From assembly GCA_964522435.1 (NCBI GenBank), contig CAZFUL010000004.1, positions 54,360-118,359 of the forward strand: a stretch of DNA of 64,000 nucleotides, given 5' to 3'. The notes beneath the pieces were generated by a model. That model searched no databases and had not been told where the DNA came from. It saw only the letters and a program-made list of their open reading frames with translations. Below, piece after piece: positions 49,339-58,863 of this stretch. Both the position numbers and the translations under genes were made by a program. Position 1 is the first letter of the stretch. Each line of letters starts with the position of its first letter. The stretch comes from an uncultured Gammaproteobacteria bacterium. GTDB lineage: Bacteria; Patescibacteriota; Patescibacteriia; Magasanikbacterales; UBA922.

Positions 49339-52293
49339 ATGGCTGAACACATAAAACAATTTACTCGCTTATCATATGCACGCATAGTCCGTCTGTTACC
49401 CAGTCGGCGTTTTCGCTTATTTAGTCTTATTTCTCTTGCACTTATTGTTATTTCTACGGTATTTATTTGGGCAGCACCTTCTTTTGCGCAAAATGTCCCG
49501 GTATCCGGAATTGGTGATGCCATTATTCGCTCATTGGTGTGGCTCATGCTGCAGTTGGCAACCGTGTTTATTCAGCTTACCATATTTTTATTGCGCTTTT
49601 TTATTTTAATTGCGGGGTATAATGATTATATTAATGCCCCGGTCGTATTATTGGGTTGGAACATGTTGCGTGATATTGCAAACATGTTTTTTATTGTGAT
49701 TTTAATGGTGATTGCCTTTGGCACCATGCTTGGTTTAGAACAGTATGAATGGAGAAAGTCATTGGTAAAGTTAGTTATTGCTGCCATTTTAGTCAATTTT
49801 AGTAATTTAATTGTGCAAGTCATGATAGACGTGGCACAAGTATTTACCATTACCTTTTTAAACGCGGTGGCTGGGGCAGCAGGGGGCAACCTGATTCAAA
49901 TGTTTAACTTTGATAAATTATTTGAAATTGTCGTTGGCAGTCCAGAAGATGTGAGTGGAGATTTACTCTTGAATTTGTTTGGGGCGGGCGTTATTTCGTT
50001 AGTGTTTGCGGGCATGGCCATGTTTACCATGCTTGCCTATGTGGTGGTGTTGTTAGCGCGTATGGTGGTGTTGTGGATGGGGATTATTTTGTCTCCCCTC
50101 ATGTTTATGTTTAGCGTATTACCGCAAACAAAAAAATATGCAGATGAATATTGGTCTGAAATAATAAATCATATTATTGCCGCGCCAGTGATGGTGTTCT
50201 TTTTGTGGCTATCGTTTGCTACCTTTGGGGGCAACCAAGGCGCTATTGCCCATATAGAAGATAATAATGCCATTAAAACAGCCCAAGGCAGCGGCTATTT
50301 ATCCAGTGCAGAAACCATAGGCGGCAGTAAACCGGCTATTGCGGGAATTAGTCAAGCGGGTACCCCAGAAAATATGGCTAATTTTGCAGTGGCCTTGGCC
50401 TTTTTATGGTTAGGGGTAGAACGGGTGCAAAAATTGGGCGTCAAAGGCGGCAGCTTACTATCAAAAGCAACCAACTTTGCTGGGAATGTTGCCACCATTG
50501 CGACCGGCTACGCTGCTGGCCGTTGGTTAGTTGGCAAAGGCACTGATGCGAGTATTGGATCACTCAAATATGTTGGGAATAGAATTCCTTTGGTTGGGGG
50601 TGCATCACTTAAAAATTATGGCGCAGCAATTTCGAGTACTTTTCAACGCAAAGGTGCGTTGGGCGTGTTAACTGCCGGAAATTTTTCTGGTATTGGTGGG
50701 GCGCAGAGTAAAATTAGAGCATCTGAACGAGCAAAGAACTGGGAAGAAAATGGCTTCTACAAAGGGACCGGTGGTCGTGCGGTTGGTTGGTTGGCCGCGC
50801 GGGTGTGGGAACCGTCTGAGCGAGCAGAAAAGCGGAGTCAAGATTGGGCTGCGGCGGCTGAACGCGTGAAAAAAATCCAAGAAGAATCATACTCAACCAG
50901 TGGCAGTCGTGCGGGGCAAGCAAAATTAGATGCCACTGTTGAGTTGAAAAAAGTAGAAGAAAAAGCAGCAGCAAAAGGAGCGCAAAAAATAACAGAGCGG
51001 CTAAAAGAAGCACGAGAAATTAAAGAAATTTATGACAAGTTAAAAGATCAAAATAATCGTCTTCCTGCGGACACACAACGCTCTGAAAAAGAATTACGTG
51101 AGCAAACACAAGAAGCGTATTTAGAAAAAGTAGCGCGCGAAAAAGGAGCTTCTACCAAAGAAAAAACACAACGCTTATTAGAACGTGATGGAGGGGTCGC
51201 AAGTCGTTTAGAGTTAGCAAATAAAGTCGCGACTGAAATTAAATCGACGGTGGGCTCAAAAGCGGCAAGTGAAGAAGGGGATATGAAAGAGCGTCATTTT
51301 ATTGAAGAAGAACAAGCAAGAGCGCGAGATAAAATTCGTGCAGGACTAAATTTACCAGAAATTCATTTGCCTGCTTTCCGAGATAGATATCAAAAAGAAA
51401 TTGAAGAATCCATGTCTGGGTTAAATTTTCGTGAAATTACGCGTCAAGCAGGTAATTTTATGGCACAAGGGTTACGTTCTCCAGAAATTGCTCGTGCGGC
51501 GGCAGCAACGCTGTCTGTGGCAATGAAACGTGGCTCAGAAACCGGGATGGCTGCCTTTAATGAAATGTTAATAGGCTTAGGCTTTGATGATAATGCCGCA
51601 CAAAATGTTGCCGCAGATGATATGCAAGGAAAACAACGTTTGTTGTTATCTGCATTATTGGGTGAGCGAGTAACTGAAACAGATAATCTTGATCAAAAAA
51701 TGGCAGAATTTGAACAAAAAGTAGGTGGGCCAGAAGCTGCCCAAACTATTTTAAAAAATTTGGATAGTAACCTTAAAGTCGCGGCAGCTGATGGTGCGGT
51801 AAATATGGCTGGGTTGTTTGATGACCGAACCGTCGATGCAAATGGTAAATTAAAAATAAAATTAGAAACAGACACTGCGAAATTTAAAGGAAATCGTATG
51901 TATGCCGCTAATGTAAATAATATTACCAAAGCGACTGGAGTAGAGGATATGATTGGTGAAAAAGGTACCTTACAAAAAACAAAACGTGATGCGCAAGGAA
52001 GAAAAATCTTAGATAGTGCCGGTAACGCGATTATGGAAGACGATATTCAAGCACAAGAACAATTGGCAACATTCTTAAATTCTGCGAAGCAAAATACACG
52101 GTTTAGCTCATTTTTTGTGGAATCAATTGTGAGATTAAATCAAAATGATCAAGCCGGCTTACGAAAAGTATTAGATAAACTGAATCAAGAAGCGAGAGCT
52201 GCAATAGAAAAATTATTAACCGCTCCATCCCCCACAGGTTCCGCTGCAGCTGGAGGTGCACCAATTGGACCTGGTCCTGGTGCCGGACCATAA
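49339..52293 (+). CDS. Extended VirB6/TrbL-like polytopic protein with a long hydrophilic C-terminal region
   Basis: GW...RDIANMFFI, LVIAAILVNFS, RMVVLW...ILSPL.F....LP; ~600-aa charged/coiled tail; upstream of prgI-virB4. Confidence 0.75.
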   Translation: MAEHIKQFTRLSYARIVRLLPSRRFRLFSLISLALIVISTVFIWAAPSFAQNVPVSGIGDAIIRSLVWLMLQLATVFIQLTIFLLRFFILIAGYNDYINAPVVLLGWNMLRDIANMFFIVILMVIAFGTMLGLEQYEWRKSLVKLVIAAILVNFSNLIVQVMIDVAQVFTITFLNAVAGAAGGNLIQMFNFDKLFEIVVGSPEDVSGDLLLNLFGAGVISLVFAGMAMFTMLAYVVVLLARMVVLWMGIILSPLMFMFSVLPQTKKYADEYWSEIINHIIAAPVMVFFLWLSFATFGGNQGAIAHIEDNNAIKTAQGSGYLSSAETIGGSKPAIAGISQAGTPENMANFAVALAFLWLGVERVQKLGVKGGSLLSKATNFAGNVATIATGYAAGRWLVGKGTDASIGSLKYVGNRIPLVGGASLKNYGAAISSTFQRKGALGVLTAGNFSGIGGAQSKIRASERAKNWEENGFYKGTGGRAVGWLAARVWEPSERAEKRSQDWAAAAERVKKIQEESYSTSGSRAGQAKLDATVELKKVEEKAAAKGAQKITERLKEAREIKEIYDKLKDQNNRLPADTQRSEKELREQTQEAYLEKVAREKGASTKEKTQRLLERDGGVASRLELANKVATEIKSTVGSKAASEEGDMKERHFIEEEQARARDKIRAGLNLPEIHLPAFRDRYQKEIEESMSGLNFREITRQAGNFMAQGLRSPEIARAAAATLSVAMKRGSETGMAAFNEMLIGLGFDDNAAQNVAADDMQGKQRLLLSALLGERVTETDNLDQKMAEFEQKVGGPEAAQTILKNLDSNLKVAAADGAVNMAGLFDDRTVDANGKLKIKLETDTAKFKGNRMYAANVNNITKATGVEDMIGEKGTLQKTKRDAQGRKILDSAGNAIMEDDIQAQEQLATFLNSAKQNTRFSSFFVESIVRLNQNDQAGLRKVLDKLNQEARAAIEKLLTAPSPTGSAAAGGAPIGPGPGAGP

Positions 52294-52312
52294 GGATCTA
52301 TCGTAGAGAGAT

Positions 52313-53386
52313 ATGTCTATGACCAAAGAAATTTTTTCTCAAATTCAACCACTCTCTTCTAGTCAGCTGCGTGAAGCCGATGATCTTTTTTTTGAGTTAC
52401 GTGGTTCGATAGAAGAAAGCGAAACACTGTGGCAAGCCCTAGACACAGGAATTGCCTCAATGAATGCTGCAACGCTGTATACCTTTCGTCAGAGTTATTT
52501 GCGTTGGTATACCATACTGAGTTGGGATTTGTTATTGAGTAGAAGTAAAGAGGTTCTCCCAAGAATATGCCAAACAACACTGGTGACTGCGGTAAGAGAA
52601 GATATTCCTGTTTGGAAAAAATTTATTGAGTATTTGCATAGTAATAGTTTGGACGAAGATGATATGCAAGCGGTGTATGCAACTGTTCGCGATCTGTTAC
52701 TTCGGTCTGATCAAATTGTTTGTTATCTTAAAGGTGAAGCAGTTACCTTAGAAACCTATATGGTAACCGTGAGTTCTTTTGAACAACGCGAAGATACCTT
52801 AGGGTTATCGCAATACTATAGTGATGTGCAACATGCCTTAGTACAAGATGCTGAGGTGGTACATATAGAGGTGGATGCAAAGCAGATGATGGCATCTATT
52901 CAGGACTTTTTTCATTTTTTGCAAGGGGTATTGCCAGAAAATATTTTTTATATCGTGGATGCGCATATGTATCCACAAAAATATGATGAATCATTCCGCA
53001 ATGCACAACCCGCTGCTCCTATAACCGATATGGTTGATGATATGTTAGAAACAGCAGCAGCTGTTCCTGATTTATTGGATACCTGGGTAGCCCAAGTGTC
53101 AGCGCATAAAAGCGATATCATCGCCTGGTTGGCGAATGATCAAACACAAGAGCAACTTGTGTATGCCTGCCAATCCCTTAAAAATCCCGTACAAGCACGG
53201 CAACGCCTTGCGGCGACCTTTCAACAGGTATTTCCGGATATTCATGAACAAATGGACATTGCGGGGGCTATTGTCGAACTCGACAGCTTTTTGCAAGAAC
53301 AAGGGATAACAGCAACAAATGACTTTTTGTATTTTGATGATACGGATGCAGGATTTCATTGGCATGAAGAGTATAAAACACCATAA
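52313..53386 (+). CDS. Hypothetical acidic soluble protein in the T4SS-like operon
   Basis: 357-aa ORF 19 nt after the VirB6-like gene; no recognisable motif. Confidence 0.7.
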   Translation: MSMTKEIFSQIQPLSSSQLREADDLFFELRGSIEESETLWQALDTGIASMNAATLYTFRQSYLRWYTILSWDLLLSRSKEVLPRICQTTLVTAVREDIPVWKKFIEYLHSNSLDEDDMQAVYATVRDLLLRSDQIVCYLKGEAVTLETYMVTVSSFEQREDTLGLSQYYSDVQHALVQDAEVVHIEVDAKQMMASIQDFFHFLQGVLPENIFYIVDAHMYPQKYDESFRNAQPAAPITDMVDDMLETAAAVPDLLDTWVAQVSAHKSDIIAWLANDQTQEQLVYACQSLKNPVQARQRLAATFQQVFPDIHEQMDIAGAIVELDSFLQEQGITATNDFLYFDDTDAGFHWHEEYKTP

Positions 53387-53389
53387 TAT

Positions 53390-54445
53390 ATGCCTCAAGA
53401 CATGCACGCCTCACCTGCAACGATACCGGTAAAAAAAGAAGATGGAACAACGGTGCGGATGACCTTAGAACAATTACGCATATACCAAAAGCAACAAAAA
53501 CAACAATCTGTTGGTTCTTTGGCTTCACCAAGTAATCAAGTAAAAACGAATTCGTTACAATCGATTGCACAGCTAACAGAGCGGCTAAAACAAGGGGCAA
53601 TTGCTCGCCCCGTGCCACCCAAAGCACAAAGTACACCAGCAAAAAAAGAAAGCACATTGACCCTGCACGCAGTACAAAAAAAATTATCTCCTATAGCTAT
53701 TGATGCAGGTCAACAAGTAAACGACGTTGCAACCGCAAAACAAGAAGCGCTGGTATCACAAAAAAGTGCGGTTCCTGCGCTGCGCACCAAATCGATGGCA
53801 TTATCAACCACAACACCAGTACCCAATGCATTTATACAAGAAGCCGTAGCCCATATCTGGGATAAAGACGATCATGTATCGTTGTTAGATGAAACACTGC
53901 ATCAAGATTTTCTCGCACCTGCACAACCGTTGATGACAGCAACCGCTGCAGGAGCAACAGCAAAAGCGGGGGGACAATCCGCAGTTCCTGTACAAACTAG
54001 CTCAGCCCAATTTTCTGATACCACCATGCGACAATCGCTTCATACGCGTACAAGTATTCAAGATGTACAACCAAAAAAAATTGGGGTGGTGCCGCGAACG
54101 CTTGATTCCACGTATGAACAGACAAAAACAACAATGGGCCCGCTTGATGAGTTAGCCCAATTTACCGTGATAGATTTTCGCCGTTTATCAAAAACGCCCA
54201 TGGACGCTGCTGCGCAGATATTGAAAAAATTTGATATACTAAAACAAGAGTCGTACTTATTATATTTAGACGCAAGACAGGCATGGTGGAAAAGTCCGTT
54301 GTATACCCAATATATAGCGCTTATGACGAGCGCGTTACTGCAACTGCAACCAATCACCGAACTCTATGGATCGGCAGGGGATACCGAACAGCTGATGCAG
54401 GAAGAATATGAAGCGATTATTGCCATTAACCGTCGACTCAATTAA
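53390..54445 (+). CDS. Hypothetical protein with a low-complexity linker and helical C-terminal domain
   Basis: 351-aa ORF with 3-nt gaps on both sides; C-terminal MGPLDEL..DFRRLS..AW..SPLY. Confidence 0.7.
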   Translation: MPQDMHASPATIPVKKEDGTTVRMTLEQLRIYQKQQKQQSVGSLASPSNQVKTNSLQSIAQLTERLKQGAIARPVPPKAQSTPAKKESTLTLHAVQKKLSPIAIDAGQQVNDVATAKQEALVSQKSAVPALRTKSMALSTTTPVPNAFIQEAVAHIWDKDDHVSLLDETLHQDFLAPAQPLMTATAAGATAKAGGQSAVPVQTSSAQFSDTTMRQSLHTRTSIQDVQPKKIGVVPRTLDSTYEQTKTTMGPLDELAQFTVIDFRRLSKTPMDAAAQILKKFDILKQESYLLYLDARQAWWKSPLYTQYIALMTSALLQLQPITELYGSAGDTEQLMQEEYEAIIAINRRLN

Positions 54446-54448
54446 GCT

Positions 54449-54883
54449 ATGCAGCAATTTATTGTTCCACAATTTATTGATGTTGAAGATAAAATTTTTG
54501 GACCAATTACTACCAGACAGTTTTTGATTTTGCTCATAGCGGGAGGCATTATTTATTTATCCTTTGAATTATTTGATTTTGCCTTATTTCTTATTATTGC
54601 TATTTTTTTAGGCGGCTTTTCGTTGGTGTTAGCGTTTATAAAAATTAACGGACAAGCATTTCATTATTTTTTATTAAATATTTTTGAAAGTTTTCATAAA
54701 CCTGCTCGGCGTATGTGGCAAAAATCATATTCCAAAAAAGAATTGGATATGCTCCGAAACGCGGTTGTGGAATTTGTTTCAGAAAAAACAGCGGTGACGC
54801 CGGTGCGTCGTGAGCGTATTCGTGATCTATCTTTGCTGGTAAATACGGGCGGCTATTATCGTCCGGATGATGATATTGTGTAA
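54449..54883 (+). CDS. PrgI-family (VirB3-like) protein
   Basis: MQQFIVPQFIDVEDKIFGPITTRQF followed by two TMs. Confidence 0.9.
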   Translation: MQQFIVPQFIDVEDKIFGPITTRQFLILLIAGGIIYLSFELFDFALFLIIAIFLGGFSLVLAFIKINGQAFHYFLLNIFESFHKPARRMWQKSYSKKELDMLRNAVVEFVSEKTAVTPVRRERIRDLSLLVNTGGYYRPDDDIV

Positions 54884-54889
54884 AGCACT

Positions 54890-55576
54890 ATGGCAAAAAA
54901 TCAAGCAAAAAAAACAGCAAATAAAAAAGCGTCAACACAAGCTCATCTTCCGATTGCCGAAGTAAAAGACAGTGTGGTGATTATGAAAGACGGAACACTG
55001 CGGGCAGTTATGATGACCTCGAGTATTAATTTTGCCTTAAAATCAGAAGATGAACAAAATGCCTTAATTTCTTCGTATGTGGGATTTTTAAATGGGCTTG
55101 ATTTTCCTTTACAAATCGTCGTGCAATCACGGCAATTACAAATTCAGCCCTACATTGATAAATTGTTGCAACGAGAACAAACGCAAAAAAATGAATTATT
55201 GCGCATTCAAATTGCCGATTATCGTGCCTTTGTGCAAGAGTTGGTAGATATTGGTCAAATTATGACCAAACGCTTTTATGTTGTGGTTCCCTATGATCCC
55301 TTATCAAATAAAAAGAAAAGTTTTTGGACACGCATGAAAGAAGCCTTAAAACCAACCGTGAGTATTCGATTAAAAGAAAAACGATTTTTAGAACGAAAAG
55401 AAAGTTTGCAAGTGCGGGTGCGTCAGGTAATTCAAGGATTAGAAAGTATGGGGCTGCAAGTAGTCCTCCTTGATACGCAAGCCTTAATTGAATTGTACTA
55501 CAGTAGTTATAATCCCGATATTGCCTTTAATCAACCCATGAGACCGCTCGATGAATTACAAATTGAAGAGTTGTAA
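54890..55576 (+). CDS. VirB4 N-terminal-like subunit (split VirB4/TraC-type)
   Basis: SINFALKSEDEQ, FLNGLDFPLQI, KRFYVVVP; lies between prgI and the ATPase. Confidence 0.72.
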   Translation: MAKNQAKKTANKKASTQAHLPIAEVKDSVVIMKDGTLRAVMMTSSINFALKSEDEQNALISSYVGFLNGLDFPLQIVVQSRQLQIQPYIDKLLQREQTQKNELLRIQIADYRAFVQELVDIGQIMTKRFYVVVPYDPLSNKKKSFWTRMKEALKPTVSIRLKEKRFLERKESLQVRVRQVIQGLESMGLQVVLLDTQALIELYYSSYNPDIAFNQPMRPLDELQIEEL

Positions 55577-55585
55577 TATACCTGT

Positions 55586-57454
55586 ATGGCATTTAAACCG
55601 ATTCAACAACATAATAACGAGCAAAAAAAACAACTCAAAGAGAGTGCTTTGCGTCGTTCAAAACAAGTACAGGAAGATGTAATTTCTCTTGAAGAGGAAC
55701 GGGTGTACCGAGAAGGAACCGTCACTATTCGTGATTTGATTGCTCCCTCTGCGCTGCGTATTGATTCTACCTATCTTCAGTTAGGAGAAATTTATGTACG
55801 CACCTTTTTTGTTGTTACGTATCCACGCTATATTGCGGTTGGCTGGAGCGCACCTATCCTCAATTTGAACATCACCATGGATATTAGCATGTTTTTTTAT
55901 CCGGTAACCTCTGGCATTATTTTAAAACAGCTTAAGAAAAAAGTAGGCGCGATTCAAGCACAAATTAGTTCTGATGTAGAAAAAGGAGCGCCCCGCGACC
56001 CCATGAGAGAAACGGCGTTACGAGATATTGAACAACTGCGCGATGATTTGACCCAAGGGGTGGAACATTTTTTTCAATTTGCCTTTTATGTCACGGTGTA
56101 TGGAAAAAATAAAGACGAATTAGACAAAATGTCTGAAACGGTTGAAAATATTTTTGGTTCTCGTTTGATTTACAGTAAACATGTGTTGTATCAAGCAGAA
56201 CAAGGATTTACGTCTACACTGCCACTCGGACTTGATGAACTCATGATTCAGTTTAACATGAATTCGTCTCCTATTGCCTCGTCATTTCCTTTTATTTCTT
56301 CTGAGTTAACGAGTGATGATGGTATTTTGTATGGGATTAATCGTCATAACAATAGTCTTATTTTATTTGATCGCTTTTCACTGCAAAATGCGAATATGGT
56401 GGTATTTGCTACTTCTGGTGCAGGAAAGTCCTATGCCGTAAAACTAGAAGTATTGCGTAGTCTTATGATGGGGATTGATGTTATTATTATCGATCCAGAA
56501 AAAGAATATGAACACTTAACAGAAGCGGTCGGTGGAACTTATGTCAACATTTCGCTTTCTTCAGAAAGCATGGTCAATCCATTTGATTTACCCCGTCCAC
56601 TCGCCGGGCAACAAATTGCGACGGAAGATATTATCCGCAGTGCCGTCATCACCATTAAGGGCTTGATTCGTATTATGTTTGGTCAAATGACCACGGAGCA
56701 AGATTCTATTATGGATCGCGCGCTGTTGGAAACCTATGCCAAAAAAGATATTACGAGTAGTGCAGACTTAAGTCGTGTTGAACCCCCAATCATGCAGGAT
56801 TTGCTCGATGTGTTAGAAGGAATGCAAGGCGCAGAAGAATTAGTCGTAAAATTACAAAAATTTACCACAGGAACATTTTCTGGGTTGTTTAATGCGCCCA
56901 CAAACGTCAACATTAATAATCAATTAGTGGTATTTAGTGTTCGTGATTTAGAAGATGAGCTTCGTCCCATGTCTATTTATTCGTTGATTAATTATATTTG
57001 GAACGTGGTGAGAAGTGAAAGAAAAAAACGTTTGCTTATTATTGACGAAGCCTGGTGGCTCATGACCAATGAAGATAGTGCAAAATTTATTTATGCGCTG
57101 GTAAAACGTTGTCGCAAATATTATTTAGGGGTAACGACTATTACCCAAGACGTGAATGACTTTTTAGGCTCGCCCTATGGCCGCGCTATTGTGACCAATT
57201 CTGCATTGCAATTACTACTTAAGCAATCACCTGCCGCAGTTGAGCTGGTACAAAAAACCTTTATGCTCACAGAAGGGGAGCGCTATCTGTTATTAGAAAG
57301 TGCCGTGGGAGAAGGGATTTTCTTTGCCGGATTAAAGCATGCGGCAATTAAAGTGGTTGCGTCCTATACAGAAGATCAGTTGATAACATCAGATCCAAAA
57401 CAATTATTGGATATTGAACGGGCGAAAAAAGAATTTGAACAAGAAATGAAGTAA
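55586..57454 (+). CDS. VirB4-like T4SS ATPase
   Basis: Walker A ATSGAGKS, IIDPEKEY, Walker B IIDEAW, R.RKY, TQDV.DF. Confidence 0.93.
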   Translation: MAFKPIQQHNNEQKKQLKESALRRSKQVQEDVISLEEERVYREGTVTIRDLIAPSALRIDSTYLQLGEIYVRTFFVVTYPRYIAVGWSAPILNLNITMDISMFFYPVTSGIILKQLKKKVGAIQAQISSDVEKGAPRDPMRETALRDIEQLRDDLTQGVEHFFQFAFYVTVYGKNKDELDKMSETVENIFGSRLIYSKHVLYQAEQGFTSTLPLGLDELMIQFNMNSSPIASSFPFISSELTSDDGILYGINRHNNSLILFDRFSLQNANMVVFATSGAGKSYAVKLEVLRSLMMGIDVIIIDPEKEYEHLTEAVGGTYVNISLSSESMVNPFDLPRPLAGQQIATEDIIRSAVITIKGLIRIMFGQMTTEQDSIMDRALLETYAKKDITSSADLSRVEPPIMQDLLDVLEGMQGAEELVVKLQKFTTGTFSGLFNAPTNVNINNQLVVFSVRDLEDELRPMSIYSLINYIWNVVRSERKKRLLIIDEAWWLMTNEDSAKFIYALVKRCRKYYLGVTTITQDVNDFLGSPYGRAIVTNSALQLLLKQSPAAVELVQKTFMLTEGERYLLLESAVGEGIFFAGLKHAAIKVVASYTEDQLITSDPKQLLDIERAKKEFEQEMK

Positions 57455-57475
57455 CTATATTTATACTATATATCT

Positions 57476-58054
57476 ATGGAATTTTCAGAAAAAAAACGAG
57501 TGATTATATTTATCTCCGTTATTGTCGGATTACTTGCCGCACTCGTCCTTATTATATTGGTTGTATTGCGGATGCGTGCAAACAGTCCAACAACTACGAT
57601 CGAAAATACCGATACGGTAACAGCTCCGCTCGGTGATACCTTTACTGGAACAGAAGGGTTATTGCCTCCTCCTGTTGAACCGGTTGTACCAGAAGATGCA
57701 CAAGAACGTTATGTAAAACAGGTATCAGAAATTTTTGTAGAACGTTTTCAAACCTATTCTTCTCATAATGATAATAGTCATATTAATGATGTGCTTGGCT
57801 TAGTTACCACACGTATGGCTGCTTGGGTAGAAAGTCAAACAGCTACCCAACAACGAGATTATCAAGGAGTAACAACACAAGTTATTTCTCGTCGTGTTAC
57901 TTCATACACCGCAAATAGCGCTGCAACCGTAACGATTGGTGTACAACAAGTGGTAGAAGATACGACAGGACAAAAAACAGTGTACAAAAATGGACGAGTG
58001 GAATTATTGTTTACTGATGGAGAGTGGAAAGTAGATGGATTATTTTGGGAGTAA
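57476..58054 (+). CDS. Bitopic protein with an NTF2-like C-terminal domain (VirB8/TcpC-like)
   Basis: N-terminal TM, Pro-rich linker, F.ERF.TYS helix, terminal GEWKVDG strand. Confidence 0.6.
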   Translation: MEFSEKKRVIIFISVIVGLLAALVLIILVVLRMRANSPTTTIENTDTVTAPLGDTFTGTEGLLPPPVEPVVPEDAQERYVKQVSEIFVERFQTYSSHNDNSHINDVLGLVTTRMAAWVESQTATQQRDYQGVTTQVISRRVTSYTANSAATVTIGVQQVVEDTTGQKTVYKNGRVELLFTDGEWKVDGLFWE

Positions 58055-58102
58055 GTATTTATTATGGGCTCATTGAAGCTATACAGCTGCGATGAGTAAG
58101 GG

Positions 58103-58131
58103 CCTGCCTATGCCTTTCAGGCTTCGGCAGG
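58103..58131. repeat. REP-like palindromic element
   Basis: CCTGCC-TAT-GCC-loop-GGC-TTC-GGCAGG, related to 6576-6609. Confidence 0.6.
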
Positions 58132-58143
58132 TAAAAGGGGCAT

Positions 58144-58863
58144 ATGAAAAAATATATTCAAAAAGTATATGAGGAAGTATGGGCATACCTATTTCCTCTT
58201 TTTTGTGTCGTTTGTAAGCACGAGGGAGGGTTACTCTGTGGTCGTTGTCAAAAAGACATTGATCTTAACGCTGTGTTTGCTTGTCCGTATTGTCATAAAA
58301 CAACCCGAGCAGGAGAAATCTGTCCTGCTTGTATCTCTCATACGACCGGGCTAAGCCAGGTAGTAAGTTTCACAAAGTATCAAGAACATACTGCCATGGA
58401 TAAGCTCTTGCACGCCTATAAGTATGCGTATCAAGAATCCGTACTTCTTTTATATCGTCAATTATTTACGGATTTTTTTGCGCGCTTTCCTGAACTGTAT
58501 GCAGGTGTAGACTATCTTGTCCCAATTCCATTACATCGGCGTCGTTTTGCAGAACGAGGGTTTAATCAATCGGTGGGAATTGCAAAAGAACTCGGAGCCG
58601 TACGCAATATGCCCATGCATGATATGCTTTGCCGAAAGCGCTATACCAATCAGCAAGCGCTGCTTTCTCAACAAGAAAGACAGGAAAATATGCAGGATGC
58701 TTTTGCACTATTACCAAAAAAAGAAGCGCTTATTTACGGAAAGCGCATCCTCTTGGTTGATGATGTGTATACAACTGGCGCCACGATGCAAAGTGCTGCA
58801 GCAGTACTAAAAAGCGCTGGGGCAAAAGAGGTGTGTGGGTTTACGATACTCAGATCCATTTAG
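58144..58863 (+). CDS. comF: ComF-family competence protein (double zinc ribbon plus PRTase fold)
   Basis: Four CxxC pairs; PIPLH..R..ERGFNQS; LLVDDVYTTGAT. Confidence 0.92.
   Translation: MKKYIQKVYEEVWAYLFPLFCVVCKHEGGLLCGRCQKDIDLNAVFACPYCHKTTRAGEICPACISHTTGLSQVVSFTKYQEHTAMDKLLHAYKYAYQESVLLLYRQLFTDFFARFPELYAGVDYLVPIPLHRRRFAERGFNQSVGIAKELGAVRNMPMHDMLCRKRYTNQQALLSQQERQENMQDAFALLPKKEALIYGKRILLVDDVYTTGATMQSAAAVLKSAGAKEVCGFTILRSI

Noticed and set aside
49339-58054. Integrative conjugative element
   Set aside because: Native composition and no relaxase, coupling protein, integrase or att repeats in the window
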